64,000 bases of DNA, from the NCBI GenBank assembly GCA_963750165.1, contig CAVVPN010000012.1, positions 672,001 through 736,000 on the forward strand, given 5' to 3'. The position numbers and the translations under genes were made by a program. Positions within the stretch are counted from its first letter, which is position 1, and every line of letters starts with the position of its first letter. Below are positions 9,487 to 22,253 of this stretch, piece by piece. The notes beneath the pieces are model-generated. The model was given only the letters and a program-made list of their open reading frames with translations. It did no database searches and was not told the DNA's origin. The stretch comes from an uncultured Gemmataceae bacterium (GTDB taxonomy: Bacteria; Planctomycetota; Planctomycetia; Gemmatales; Gemmataceae).

Positions 9487-10806
9487 GTGAGCAACACGGC
9501 ACGAGTGACGTTCTGGGGCGCCGCACAGAGCGTGACCGGCTCCATGCACTTGCTGGAGGCGGGCGCGTACCGGACGCTGCTGGACTGCGGCTCCTCGGTG
9601 CCGCCGCGGCTGGGCGTCTTCGACCACTTCCCGGTGGCCCCCGCCGACCTGGACGCCGTCGTCCTGAGCCACACGCACATCGACCACTGCGGCGCGTTGC
9701 CCGAACTGGTCCACCGCGGCTTCCGCGGCCCCGTCTACGCCTCCGCCCCGACCTGCGACCTGCTGCCGGTGATGCTGGGCGACGCGGTGCGTCACCAGAA
9801 CCTCGCCGGGCTGACCGACCTGGACCGGCTGCTGCGCCAGTGCGTCCCCGTCGCCTACGACACCGACGTGCCCCTGACCCCCCACGTCACCCTGCGCATG
9901 GTGGACGCGGGCCACGTGCTCGGCTCCGCCCTGTCCCGGCTCACGGTGCGCGGCGACGGTCGCACGGTCAGCGTCACCTACACTGGCGACGTGGGCCGCC
10001 AGGGCCTGCCGTTCCTGCCGCCGCCACAGCCGATCCCGGCCGCGGACCTGGTGGTCTGCGAGAGCACCTACGGCGGCCGCACGCACCCGCCACTGGAGCG
10101 GGTAGCGCGGACGCTGGCCGAGGTGGTGGCTCGCACCCTCGGCCGCGGTGGCAAGGTGCTGATCCCGGCGTTTAGCTTCGGCCGGTCGCAGGTGGTGGTG
10201 CATTTCCTGCAGCGCTGGATGGCCGACGGCCGGCTGCCGCGGGCGCCGCTGATCGTGGACAGCCCGCTGGCCCGCGCCGTCATGGACGTGTACCGCCGCC
10301 ACCCCGACCGGCTGTTGCCCGAGGCGCTGCCGTGGTTGCGCGGCGAGCTGGCGCCGGTGCATTACGTGCAGTCGTTCGAGGAGAGCCAACAGGTCAGCAC
10401 GCAGCGGGAGCCGTGCATTCTGGTGGCGTCTGGCGGCATGTGCGACACGGGCCGCATTCTGGAGCACCTGCGGCACAACGTGGACGACCCGCGCTGCTCG
10501 GTCGTGCTGGTGAGCTATCAGTCGCCAATGAGCCTGGGTCGGCGGCTGCTGGAGAAGTCGCCGACGGTGGTGTTCGACGGCCGTCGCTGGAACAAGTGGG
10601 CCGAGGTGGTGGACCTGAGCGGCTTCTCCAGCCACGCGGACCACGACGAGTTGCTGGCGCTGCTGACGCCGCTGCGGGAGCGGGCGGCGCAGGTGCGGTT
10701 GGTGCATGGCGACCCGGCGAACGCGGTGCAACTGGCCGCGGCGCTGCGGGAGCGTGGGTTCGCGGACGTGGCGGTGCCGCTGCGCGGGGAGGTGGTGACG
10801 TTGTAG
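9487..10806 (+). CDS. MBL-fold metallo-hydrolase, beta-CASP RNase family
   Basis: GAAQSVTGS, LDCG, SHTHIDHCG, AGHVLGS, TGDVG, ESTYG, FSSHAD, VHG motifs; GTG start chosen downstream of the palindrome. Confidence 0.9.
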   Translation: MSNTARVTFWGAAQSVTGSMHLLEAGAYRTLLDCGSSVPPRLGVFDHFPVAPADLDAVVLSHTHIDHCGALPELVHRGFRGPVYASAPTCDLLPVMLGDAVRHQNLAGLTDLDRLLRQCVPVAYDTDVPLTPHVTLRMVDAGHVLGSALSRLTVRGDGRTVSVTYTGDVGRQGLPFLPPPQPIPAADLVVCESTYGGRTHPPLERVARTLAEVVARTLGRGGKVLIPAFSFGRSQVVVHFLQRWMADGRLPRAPLIVDSPLARAVMDVYRRHPDRLLPEALPWLRGELAPVHYVQSFEESQQVSTQREPCILVASGGMCDTGRILEHLRHNVDDPRCSVVLVSYQSPMSLGRRLLEKSPTVVFDGRRWNKWAEVVDLSGFSSHADHDELLALLTPLRERAAQVRLVHGDPANAVQLAAALRERGFADVAVPLRGEVVTL

Positions 10807-10822
10807 GCTCAGGGAGGGGCGC

Positions 10823-11422
10823 ATGGCGGATTATGATGCGGGGTTCAAGATCGTGGCCCGGGCGTCGGGCATTGGCCTGGCCCGCCTCGCGGGATTGACG
10901 CCGCAGCAGTGGAAGCCGATCGGCGACACGCTGCAAACGACCGAGCGGCTGGCGGATCGCGCCTTCCGCGCCGTCAGCGACGACCGGCGGTTCGTCGTCT
11001 ACTTTGAAGCGTATACGCACTGGGTGGAGTCGGCGGTGTGGAGCGTGCTGGCCAAGAGCGGCCTGCTGTCAGAGCGCGAACGTTTGCCGACGTTAAGCAT
11101 CATTTATAGCGTCCCAGTGCTGGCAATTCTGAGCATTTTTGGTATGCCCAAAACTCGTTCCTTGGATGTTCTGTCCCTCATCGGGAGAGAAGAGATGCGC
11201 GAATCAGCGTTTTTCCAAATGATCGCTGAGGAAGAGCGGCAGGCGCAAGCCCGCCTGGACGTGTTGCAGGTCCTGCAGTTGCGCTTGGGTCCAGAAGCAG
11301 TTCAGGAGTTTGAGCAAGCCGTTAACGAACTGGCGAACCTGGAGCAATTGCAAGAGTTGCACAAACTCGCTGTTCAAAGTCGCCGCCTCAGTCAATTCCG
11401 CCGTGACTTCCCCAAAAAGTGA
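10823..11422 (+). CDS. Rpn/PD-(D/E)XK-transposase-like hypothetical protein, probably internally shortened
   Basis: YD..FK N-terminus, R.AD....F..Y.E core, MRES..F segment and DUF4351-like 'L.LRLG...LEQL' tail; GGAGG RBS. Confidence 0.55.
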   Translation: MADYDAGFKIVARASGIGLARLAGLTPQQWKPIGDTLQTTERLADRAFRAVSDDRRFVVYFEAYTHWVESAVWSVLAKSGLLSERERLPTLSIIYSVPVLAILSIFGMPKTRSLDVLSLIGREEMRESAFFQMIAEEERQAQARLDVLQVLQLRLGPEAVQEFEQAVNELANLEQLQELHKLAVQSRRLSQFRRDFPKK

Positions 11423-11923
11423 AGCCACATCGCCTCCGCAAGGTTCGCCGCGCGGTCAGGCCCGGCATTTTCTTGCACCCTTTCCAATCCTGCCACCCTC
11501 TAAACGAGGCGAAGAGTGCGCACCCGGCGTGCCGCGCACACGCTACGGCCGCGCCGGGCGCCCTCTTCCAGGATCGAGACGACACCGCGGCGAGGTTCCG
11601 CCGCCGGCGCGTCCCTGTTTCAGCGGAACGGCCGCTGGCCGCAGAATCAGGGCCGTGCGCTGCATTCTTCGCGTATGGTGGAGAGTTCTCCAGTGAGGGG
11701 TCGGGATTGTGGGTAGGGAATGGGCGCGGCTCCGAGCACTGTCAGGAGGTGTGTGAAATGAAACGAGATGAAAGCCCTCCCTGGCACTATGTACATTGTA
11801 CCACCCAGTCCGCTTCCGGGGAAGCGCCTTGCGCCCGCGGCCAGGACGATTCGGGTTCCCGGGCCATCAGACTGGAGAACAGGGGGAAGCAGCAAACGAG
11901 CCTGACCGCAGAACGGGTCCGTA

Positions 11924-11952
11924 TTGACCCCTTCCGCCAGTCCCCTTAGACT
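11924..11952 (+). promoter_or_regulatory. Putative sigma70 promoter of secA
   Basis: TTGACC-17 nt-TAGACT about 100 nt upstream of the secA start. Confidence 0.65.
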
Positions 11953-12054
11953 TCCAGTTGAGGCAACACTGGGACCAGTGACGGGGTTTCGGCAAGGCGG
12001 GCGCCACCTCCGGCGCGCGGCTTCTCTCAGGCCGGGAGAGGGACAGGAAGAATC

Positions 12055-15846
<3,792 letters not shown>

Positions 15847-15853
15847 GTGGGAT

Positions 15854-15898
15854 CCGTTTCCGTTTCGCGCGGGCTGAGTTCGCGCGAAACGTAAATGG
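15854..15898. repeat. REP-like palindrome (CGTTTCCGTTTCGCGCG family; also at 40345-40387)
   Basis: CCGTTTCCGTTTCGCGCG ... CGCGCGAAACGTAAATGG. Confidence 0.75.
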
Positions 15899-15936
15899 GT
15901 CGCTTTCAATACGCACGCCACGGAAAGGATTCCGAC

Positions 15937-17235
15937 ATGACGCGCTATTTCCTCAATTTCCTCTACCTGATGGTGCTGACCGCCCTGGCGCCGCTGCTGA
16001 TCTACAAGGCGTTCAAGCAGGGCAAGTATTACCGCACCGCCTGGCGCAAGTTCAGCGGCCGCACGCCACGCCGCGCCGGTCGCCGGCCCTGCGTCTGGTT
16101 CCACGGCGTCAGCGTGGGTGAGGTCTACCTGCTGCGGCCGCTGATCGCCGGCTTCCGTCGCCGCCATCCCGACTGGGATGTCGCCATCTCCACCACCACC
16201 GACACCGGCTTCGGCGAAGCCCGCAAACGCTTCCCCGATGAACTGCTGTTCTTCTGGCCCTTCGACTTCACCTGGGCCGTGCGCCGCGCCCTTCAGCGCA
16301 TCCGGCCCAACCTGGTCGTCCTCGCCGAGAGTGAGATGTGGCCGAACTTTTTGAGCGCCGCCAAGCGCCGCAACATTCCGGTCGCCCTCATCAACGGCCG
16401 CATGAGCCCGCGCACGCTTCAGCGGCACCTGCGCATCGGCCGGCTGACACGGCCGCTGTTCGCCCACCTCGACCTGTGTGCCGTACAGACCGAGGAGTAC
16501 GGCGGCCACTTCCGCACCCTCGGCGCGCCTAACGTGGTTGTCACCGGCAACGTGAAGTACGACAACGTCCTGACCGACCACGACCACCCGAGAACGCGCG
16601 AGCTGCGGCGTTTATACGCGGTCGGGCCGGACGATCTGATCTGGGTCGCCGGCAGCACGCAGCCACCGGAGGAGCAGCACGCGCTCGAGCTCTTCCGCAA
16701 GGCCCGTCAACAATTCCCGAACCTGCGGCTGTTCCTGGTGCCGCGGCAGCCCGAGCGCTTCGGCGAGGTGGCGGCGCTGCTCGAGCAGGCCGGCCAGCCG
16801 TTCGTGCGCCGCAGCATTCTGTCGGAGCCGGTGCGGGCCGATGTGGTGCTGGTGGACACGCTGGGCGAGCTGGGGGCGCTGTGGGGCCTGGCGGACGTGG
16901 CGTTCGTCGGCGGCAGCATGGACGGCAAGCGCGGCGGCCAGAACATGATCGAACCGGCCGGCTTCGGCGCGGCGGTGCTGTTCGGTCGTCATGTGTGGAA
17001 CTTCCGCGAGCCGGTGCTGCGGTTGCTGGAGCAGCAGGGGGCCGTGCAGGTCGCCGACGCGGCCGACCTGGAGCGTGTCGTGCTGCGGCTGCTCGGCGAC
17101 GCGGCGGCCCGGCATACATTAGGGCAGAACGCCCAGCGCTACGTCCTGGCCCAGCGCGGGGCCACCGAGCGCACCCTGGACGCGCTCGACCGCCTGGTGA
17201 CGCGCTGCGAACAGCGCCGGGCGGTGGCGGCCTAG
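15937..17235 (+). CDS. waaA: 3-deoxy-D-manno-octulosonic acid (Kdo) transferase
   Basis: WFHGVSVGE, STTTDTG, PFD, ESEMWPN, NGRMS, GNVKYD, VPRQPERF, GGQNMIEPA; AAGGA RBS before ATG 15937. Confidence 0.95.
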   Translation: MTRYFLNFLYLMVLTALAPLLIYKAFKQGKYYRTAWRKFSGRTPRRAGRRPCVWFHGVSVGEVYLLRPLIAGFRRRHPDWDVAISTTTDTGFGEARKRFPDELLFFWPFDFTWAVRRALQRIRPNLVVLAESEMWPNFLSAAKRRNIPVALINGRMSPRTLQRHLRIGRLTRPLFAHLDLCAVQTEEYGGHFRTLGAPNVVVTGNVKYDNVLTDHDHPRTRELRRLYAVGPDDLIWVAGSTQPPEEQHALELFRKARQQFPNLRLFLVPRQPERFGEVAALLEQAGQPFVRRSILSEPVRADVVLVDTLGELGALWGLADVAFVGGSMDGKRGGQNMIEPAGFGAAVLFGRHVWNFREPVLRLLEQQGAVQVADAADLERVVLRLLGDAAARHTLGQNAQRYVLAQRGATERTLDALDRLVTRCEQRRAVAA

Positions 17236-17295
17236 TTACTACGGGCGGCCGCGCGACGGCTGGCAACGGCGGTCAGTAGTTGGCCGTGGGCAGCA

Positions 17296-17446
17296 CAGCA
17301 AGGACGCCAAGAACGCCAAGAACGCCAACATTTTTATATGTCGAGATTTGCATCGCTTGCCGGCACGGCGCGTCGCCCGGTGACGCCGGCTGACCGAGCA
17401 AGGGAGCCAAGGGGGCCAAGGGGGCCAACTTTTTCACACGTCGAGA
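17296..17446 (-). repeat. Second copy of the two-unit 51-bp repeat element (inverted relative to 5590-5750)
   Basis: Reverse complement reads TCTCGACGTGTGAAAAAGTTGGCCCCCTTGGCCCCCTTGGCTCCCTTGCT ... TCTCGACATATAAAAATGTTGGCGTTCTTGGCGTTCTTGGCGTCCTTGCTG. Confidence 0.9.
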
Positions 17447-17476
17447 AGTAAACCCACCGCCCCGACGAGACCTAGC

Positions 17477-18385
17477 ATGACCGAACCGCTGGCGTTCTGG
17501 CAGGGCGCGTTCGTGCCGCAGTCGCAGGCGCGGCTGCCATTGCACGACGCCGGCTTCGTGCTGGGCGCCACCGTCACGGACCTGTGCCGCACCGTCCGCC
17601 AGCAACTCTACCGCTGGACCGACCACCTCGCCCGCTTCCGCGCCAGCTGCCGGGCCACGCGCATCACGCCGCCGCTCGACGACCAGGCCCTGTCCGACGC
17701 GGCCCACGAACTGGTGCGTCGCAACGCCGCCCTGTGGACGCCGCAACAGGAACTGGCCCTCGTGCTGCTGGCGACGCCGGGGCCGATCGGCTACTATCTC
17801 GGCGACCCCGGCGGCCCCGGCGACGCGGAGCCGACCTTCCTCATGCACACCTTTCCGCTGCCGTTCGCGCGCTACCGACGGCTGTTCCAGGAGGGGGCGC
17901 GGCTGGTCCTCCCGGCGACGCGGCAGGTGCCGGGCGCCTGCATCGACCCGCGGATCAAGCAGCGCAGCCGTCTGCACTGGTGGCTGGCCGAGCAGGAGGC
18001 GCGGCAGGCGGACCCCGGCGCGGCGGCCCTGCTGCTGGACGCGGCGGGCCACGTCACGGAGACGGCGGCGGCGAACTTCCTGGCAGTGCGCGACGGTATG
18101 GTGCTGTCGCCGCCGGCGAACGCGGTGCTGGGCGGCGTCAGCTTGCAGGTGGTGCGCGAACTGTGTGCGGCCCTGGGCGTCCGCTACGAGGAGCGGCCGC
18201 TCGGCGTTTACGACTGCCTGAACGCGGACGAGGCCATGCTGGCGAGTACGCCGTACTGCCTGGCGGGCGTCAGCCGCATCAACGGCGTGCCGCTGCCGTG
18301 GCCGGGGGCGGTGTTCCGCCGGCTGCTGGAGGCGTGGGGCGAGCGGATCGGGCTCGACATCCGCGGGCAGATTGAGGCGGACTGA
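17477..18385 (+). CDS. Aminotransferase class IV (branched-chain aminotransferase / ADC lyase family)
   Basis: D.GF.LG.TV....RT, HLARF, IKQRSR (PLP lysine), ETAAANF, LGGVS, DEA.LAST. Confidence 0.9.
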   Translation: MTEPLAFWQGAFVPQSQARLPLHDAGFVLGATVTDLCRTVRQQLYRWTDHLARFRASCRATRITPPLDDQALSDAAHELVRRNAALWTPQQELALVLLATPGPIGYYLGDPGGPGDAEPTFLMHTFPLPFARYRRLFQEGARLVLPATRQVPGACIDPRIKQRSRLHWWLAEQEARQADPGAAALLLDAAGHVTETAAANFLAVRDGMVLSPPANAVLGGVSLQVVRELCAALGVRYEERPLGVYDCLNADEAMLASTPYCLAGVSRINGVPLPWPGAVFRRLLEAWGERIGLDIRGQIEAD

Positions 18386-18591
18386 AACGATACCGGTCCC
18401 CCCTGGTCCTCACCTGGCACTCTGCCGGGCGCCGACTTCCTGCCTTCACGCCCTCAAAAGCGCGCAAAAAGTGGTGCAAACTGATACAAAAATGATGCGA
18501 AACGACACTCCGGCGCCTGTTGCGAATGCGCTTTTCGATGCTGTATTGCTGCTATTTGGCGGTCCCAAGGAGTGTGGATCGGTAAGAGTCT

Positions 18592-18645
18592 CCCAGGGTG
18601 CGCTGCGCGACCCTGGGCTCTGAGATAAAACGCCTTCGGCGTAAA
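18592..18645. repeat. REP-like hairpin pair
   Basis: CCCAGGGT-GCGCTGCGCG-ACCCTGGG followed by ACGCC-TTC-GGCGT. Confidence 0.7.
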
Positions 18646-18779
18646 AACCCACCCCACAATCCGTGACGGTCAGTGGCGTGCGAAACTCCGCACGGCGTGC
18701 ATCAGGCCCTTGCCTTCGGGACGGCGATCCCCGAAGATCAACCCGGTGGAAGCGCCCCGACTTAAAGGAGAACGCACCC

Positions 18780-18881
18780 ATGCCGAACCCGAACCGAAAG
18801 ACCAGGCGGAAGCGTCAGCGCATCAAGGACAAGTGGCTGCGGCACCTGCGGCCCACCCGCAAGAAGTGGAAGAAGACCTGA
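18780..18881 (+). CDS. 33-aa highly basic peptide MPNPNRKTRRKRQRIKDKWLRHLRPTRKKWKKT (small ribosomal-protein-like)
   Basis: AAAGGAG RBS at 18764-18770, 9 nt before ATG; GC-ending codons; 16 of 33 residues are K/R. Confidence 0.65.
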   Translation: MPNPNRKTRRKRQRIKDKWLRHLRPTRKKWKKT

Positions 18882-18989
18882 GCCCGGCCCAGGCGCTCAA
18901 CTTCGTCCGCGAATTTCCTTTGCCCCAACCGCCATCGCTCCGCTACCATACCACCATTGACACCCCGTTCACGGAGGATTTGAAAAAAC

Positions 18990-19128
18990 GAATCACGACA
19001 ACACGAACGGACGAAACCGCGAAAAAAGCCAGAAAAAGGAGTGAACTGAAACGCAGTTCCAGACGAACTCCCTGCCCGGACAGCCGCGCTTGTTTTCGTA
19101 ATTTCGTTCGTTCGTGTTATCGTGATTC
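18990..19128. repeat. CACGAA-type intergenic palindrome (family also at 38801-38897)
   Basis: GAATCACGACAACACGAACGGACGAAA ... TTTCGTTCGTTCGTGTTATCGTGATTC. Confidence 0.8.
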
Positions 19129-19152
19129 TCTTCTTCTTGCTGAGGAATTTCC

Positions 19153-22100
19153 ATGCGACAGGTGTTGACGGTGCTGGCCGCGGTGGGCGCGGCCCTGCTG
19201 CTCGGCGGCGACTTCGGCCAGGCCAGGGCGCAGCAGAAAGACCCCTACGCGGCCCACATCGCAAAGACGCCGCCGCGCACGCCGGAGGAGCAGCAAAAGC
19301 TCTTCCACCTGCCGCCCGGCTTCGTCATCGAGCTGGTCGCCGCCGACCCGCTCATCAGCAAGCCCATCAACATCTGCTTCGACGCCGAGGGCCGCCTCTG
19401 GGTCACCGAAACCGTCGAGTACCCCTTCCCCGCTCCCGCCGACAAGGCCCGCGATGGCGTCAAGATCCTCAGCGATTTCGCACCCAACGGCCGCGCTCGC
19501 AAAATCGTCCGCTTCGCCGGCAACCTTAACATTCCCATCGGCGTGCTGCCGCTCGGCAAGGACGCCATCGTCTTCAGCATTCCGGCCATCTACAAGTTGA
19601 GCGACACCAGAGGCACCGGCAAGGCGGACAAGAAAGCCGTGCTCTACAGCGGCTACGGCCACCGCGACACGCACGGCCTGACCGGCGAATTCATGCACGG
19701 CTTCGACGGCTGGATTTACGCCTGCCACGGCTACTCCAACACCTCCACCGTCAAGGCGGCGGACGGCTCCGCCATCACGATGCAGTCCGGCAACACCTAC
19801 CGCATCAAGGCGGACGGCTCGCACATTGAGTATTTCACGCACGGCCAGGTCAACCCCTTCGGCCTGGCGTTCGACCCGCTCGGCAACCTCTACACCTGCG
19901 ATTGTCATAGCCGGCCGATCTATCAAATCCTCAAAGGGGCGTATTACCCGAGCTTCGGCAAGCCGCACGACGGCCTCGGCTTCGGCCCGGAAATGCTGAC
20001 GCACGACCACGGCTCGACCGCCATCGCCGGCATCGCCTACTACGCCGCGGACCAGTTCCCGGCGGAGTTCCGCGACAACATCTTCATCGGCAATGTGGTC
20101 ACGAACCGCATCAACCGCGACCGGTTGGAGAAGCACGGCTCGACCTACAAGGCGATTGCGATGCCGGATTTCGTCAAGTGCGATGACCCGTGGTTCCGGC
20201 CCGTGGACATCAAGCTCGGGCCGGATGGGGCGTTGTATGTCGCGGATTTTTACAATCGCATCATTGGCCACTACGAGGTGCCGCTGAACCACCCGGGCCG
20301 CGACCGTGAGCGCGGCCGCATCTGGCGCATCCGCTACGCCGGCAAGGATGGCAAGCAGAAACTGCCGGCGATTCCGAATCTGGCCCGGGCGGATGTGAAG
20401 GCGTTGGCGGCGGCGCTGGGCAGCCCGAACCTGACGGTGCGCTTGACGGCGACGCATCAACTGTGTGAACGCGGCGACGAAGGCGTCGCGGTGGCACGGC
20501 GCATCCTGGAGTGGTCGCAAATGAAGTGGCGCCCGACGCATGCCCTGTGGGTGCTGGAACGGAAAGGCGCCCTGGAGGACAAACAGCTGGCGGCGGCCGC
20601 GAACGATAACGATCCTCTGCTCCGGGTCCACGCCATGCGCGTGCTCGCCGAACGGCCGAAATGGGCCGTCGCCCAGCGCGACCTCGCGCTGGAGGGGTTG
20701 AAGGACCAGGACGCTTTCGTACAGCGCAACGCCGCCGAGGCGCTGGGGGCACATCCGCAACCGGAGAACCTGAAACCGCTGCTCGACCTGCGCCACACCG
20801 TCCCCGCCGCCGACACGCATTTACTGCACGTCGTCCGCATGGCCCTGCGCGACCAACTCAAACCCAGGGAACCGTGGAAGCAGGTCAATGAAACCAAATG
20901 GAGCGACCAGGACGCCCGGGCGTTGGCCGACGTCTGTCCCGGCGTTCACACTGCCGAGGCCGCCGACTTCCTGCTCGCCCATTTGCAGCGGTTGCCGGAG
21001 AGCCAGGCCAATGTGCTGCGCTACGCCCACCACATCGCCCGCTACGGCAGCGGCGCCCCGGGCGCGAAGCTGGTCGAGTTGGCCGCGGGCAAGTTCGGCA
21101 AGGACCGCGGCCTGCAGGCGGGGCTGTTCAAGGCGATCCAGCAAGGAACGCAGGCGCGCGGTGCCCGGCTCAGCCAGCCGGTGCAGGACTGGGCTGAGGC
21201 GCTGACCGGCAACCTTATCGGCAACCGCGACCCCAAACTCGTGCAGAGTGCCGTTGAGATGGCCGGCGTGCTCAAGACCGCGAAGCTGGAAAAGACGCTG
21301 CTCGGACTGCTGGCGGATGCGAAGCAGCCGGAGGCCACGCGCCGCGCTGCCGTCAAGGCGGTCGTGGCCATTCACCCAACACGCCACATCAGCATGTTGA
21401 GCCGCGTGCTGACGGACGCCGCCGAGGCGCTGCCGGTGCGCGAACAGGCCGCCGCGTCGCTGGCCGACACCAACCAGGCCGCCGCCCACGCGGAATTGCT
21501 CAAGGCGCTGCAGAACGTGCCGGCCCGCCTGGAAACGACCATCGCCGTCGGCCTGGCTGGCAGTCCGCAGGGGGCGGAAAAACTGCTCCGGGCAGTGGCC
21601 GAGGGCAAGGCGTCGGCGCGGCTGTTGCAGGATCGCGGCGTCGAACTGCGGCTCAAGCAGGCGAAGGTGCCGAACCTGGCCGGCCGCCTCGCGAAACTGA
21701 CGAAGGGCCTGCCCGCCGCGGACCAGCGCGTCGCCCAGTTGATCGCCGGCCGCCGCAATGCCTTCGTCAAGACGAAGCCGGACATTCAGGCGGGCGTGCG
21801 CGTCTTCGAGAAGAACTGTGCCAGCTGCCACCAGATCGCCAACAAGGGCGCGAAGATTGGCCCGCAACTGGACGGCATCGGCATCCGCGGCGTGGATCGG
21901 CTGCTCGAAGACATTCTGGATCCGAATCGCAACGTCGATCAGGCGTTCCGCTCGACGCTGCTGACGCTCGGCGATGGCAAGCAGGTGAGCGGCCTGCTGC
22001 TGCGCGAGGAGGGCAAGGTGCTGGTGATGGCGGATAAGGAGGGCAAGGAACAACGCATCGCCGCGGCGGACGTGGACCGGCGGGTGGTGGTGCCGCTGTC

Positions 22101-22203
22101 GCCGATGCCGGCCAACTTCGCCGAGACCATCAACGAGATGGAGTTCGCGCACCTGCTGGCGTATCTGCTGCAACAGCGCGTGGTGGACGGCAAACAGCCG
22201 TGA
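19153..22203 (+). CDS. Second PVC-type dehydrogenase/HEAT/c-type heme (CxxCH) protein
   Basis: Signal peptide; F.LPPGF.IELVAADP.I.KPIN..FD..GRLWV; FRPVDIKLGPDGALYVADFYN; NCASCHQI; IGPQLDG; SPMP; GAGG RBS. Confidence 0.93.
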   Translation: MRQVLTVLAAVGAALLLGGDFGQARAQQKDPYAAHIAKTPPRTPEEQQKLFHLPPGFVIELVAADPLISKPINICFDAEGRLWVTETVEYPFPAPADKARDGVKILSDFAPNGRARKIVRFAGNLNIPIGVLPLGKDAIVFSIPAIYKLSDTRGTGKADKKAVLYSGYGHRDTHGLTGEFMHGFDGWIYACHGYSNTSTVKAADGSAITMQSGNTYRIKADGSHIEYFTHGQVNPFGLAFDPLGNLYTCDCHSRPIYQILKGAYYPSFGKPHDGLGFGPEMLTHDHGSTAIAGIAYYAADQFPAEFRDNIFIGNVVTNRINRDRLEKHGSTYKAIAMPDFVKCDDPWFRPVDIKLGPDGALYVADFYNRIIGHYEVPLNHPGRDRERGRIWRIRYAGKDGKQKLPAIPNLARADVKALAAALGSPNLTVRLTATHQLCERGDEGVAVARRILEWSQMKWRPTHALWVLERKGALEDKQLAAAANDNDPLLRVHAMRVLAERPKWAVAQRDLALEGLKDQDAFVQRNAAEALGAHPQPENLKPLLDLRHTVPAADTHLLHVVRMALRDQLKPREPWKQVNETKWSDQDARALADVCPGVHTAEAADFLLAHLQRLPESQANVLRYAHHIARYGSGAPGAKLVELAAGKFGKDRGLQAGLFKAIQQGTQARGARLSQPVQDWAEALTGNLIGNRDPKLVQSAVEMAGVLKTAKLEKTLLGLLADAKQPEATRRAAVKAVVAIHPTRHISMLSRVLTDAAEALPVREQAAASLADTNQAAAHAELLKALQNVPARLETTIAVGLAGSPQGAEKLLRAVAEGKASARLLQDRGVELRLKQAKVPNLAGRLAKLTKGLPAADQRVAQLIAGRRNAFVKTKPDIQAGVRVFEKNCASCHQIANKGAKIGPQLDGIGIRGVDRLLEDILDPNRNVDQAFRSTLLTLGDGKQVSGLLLREEGKVLVMADKEGKEQRIAAADVDRRVVVPLSPMPANFAETINEMEFAHLLAYLLQQRVVDGKQP

Positions 22204-22253
22204 GACCATGGCGGCTGCGCGTTTGACTCCCCTCTCCCCCTGAAGAGGGGAGA

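Noticed and set aside
18660..18760. Known riboswitch upstream of the basic peptide
   Set aside because: Hairpins are present but I could not match the consensus of any riboswitch class
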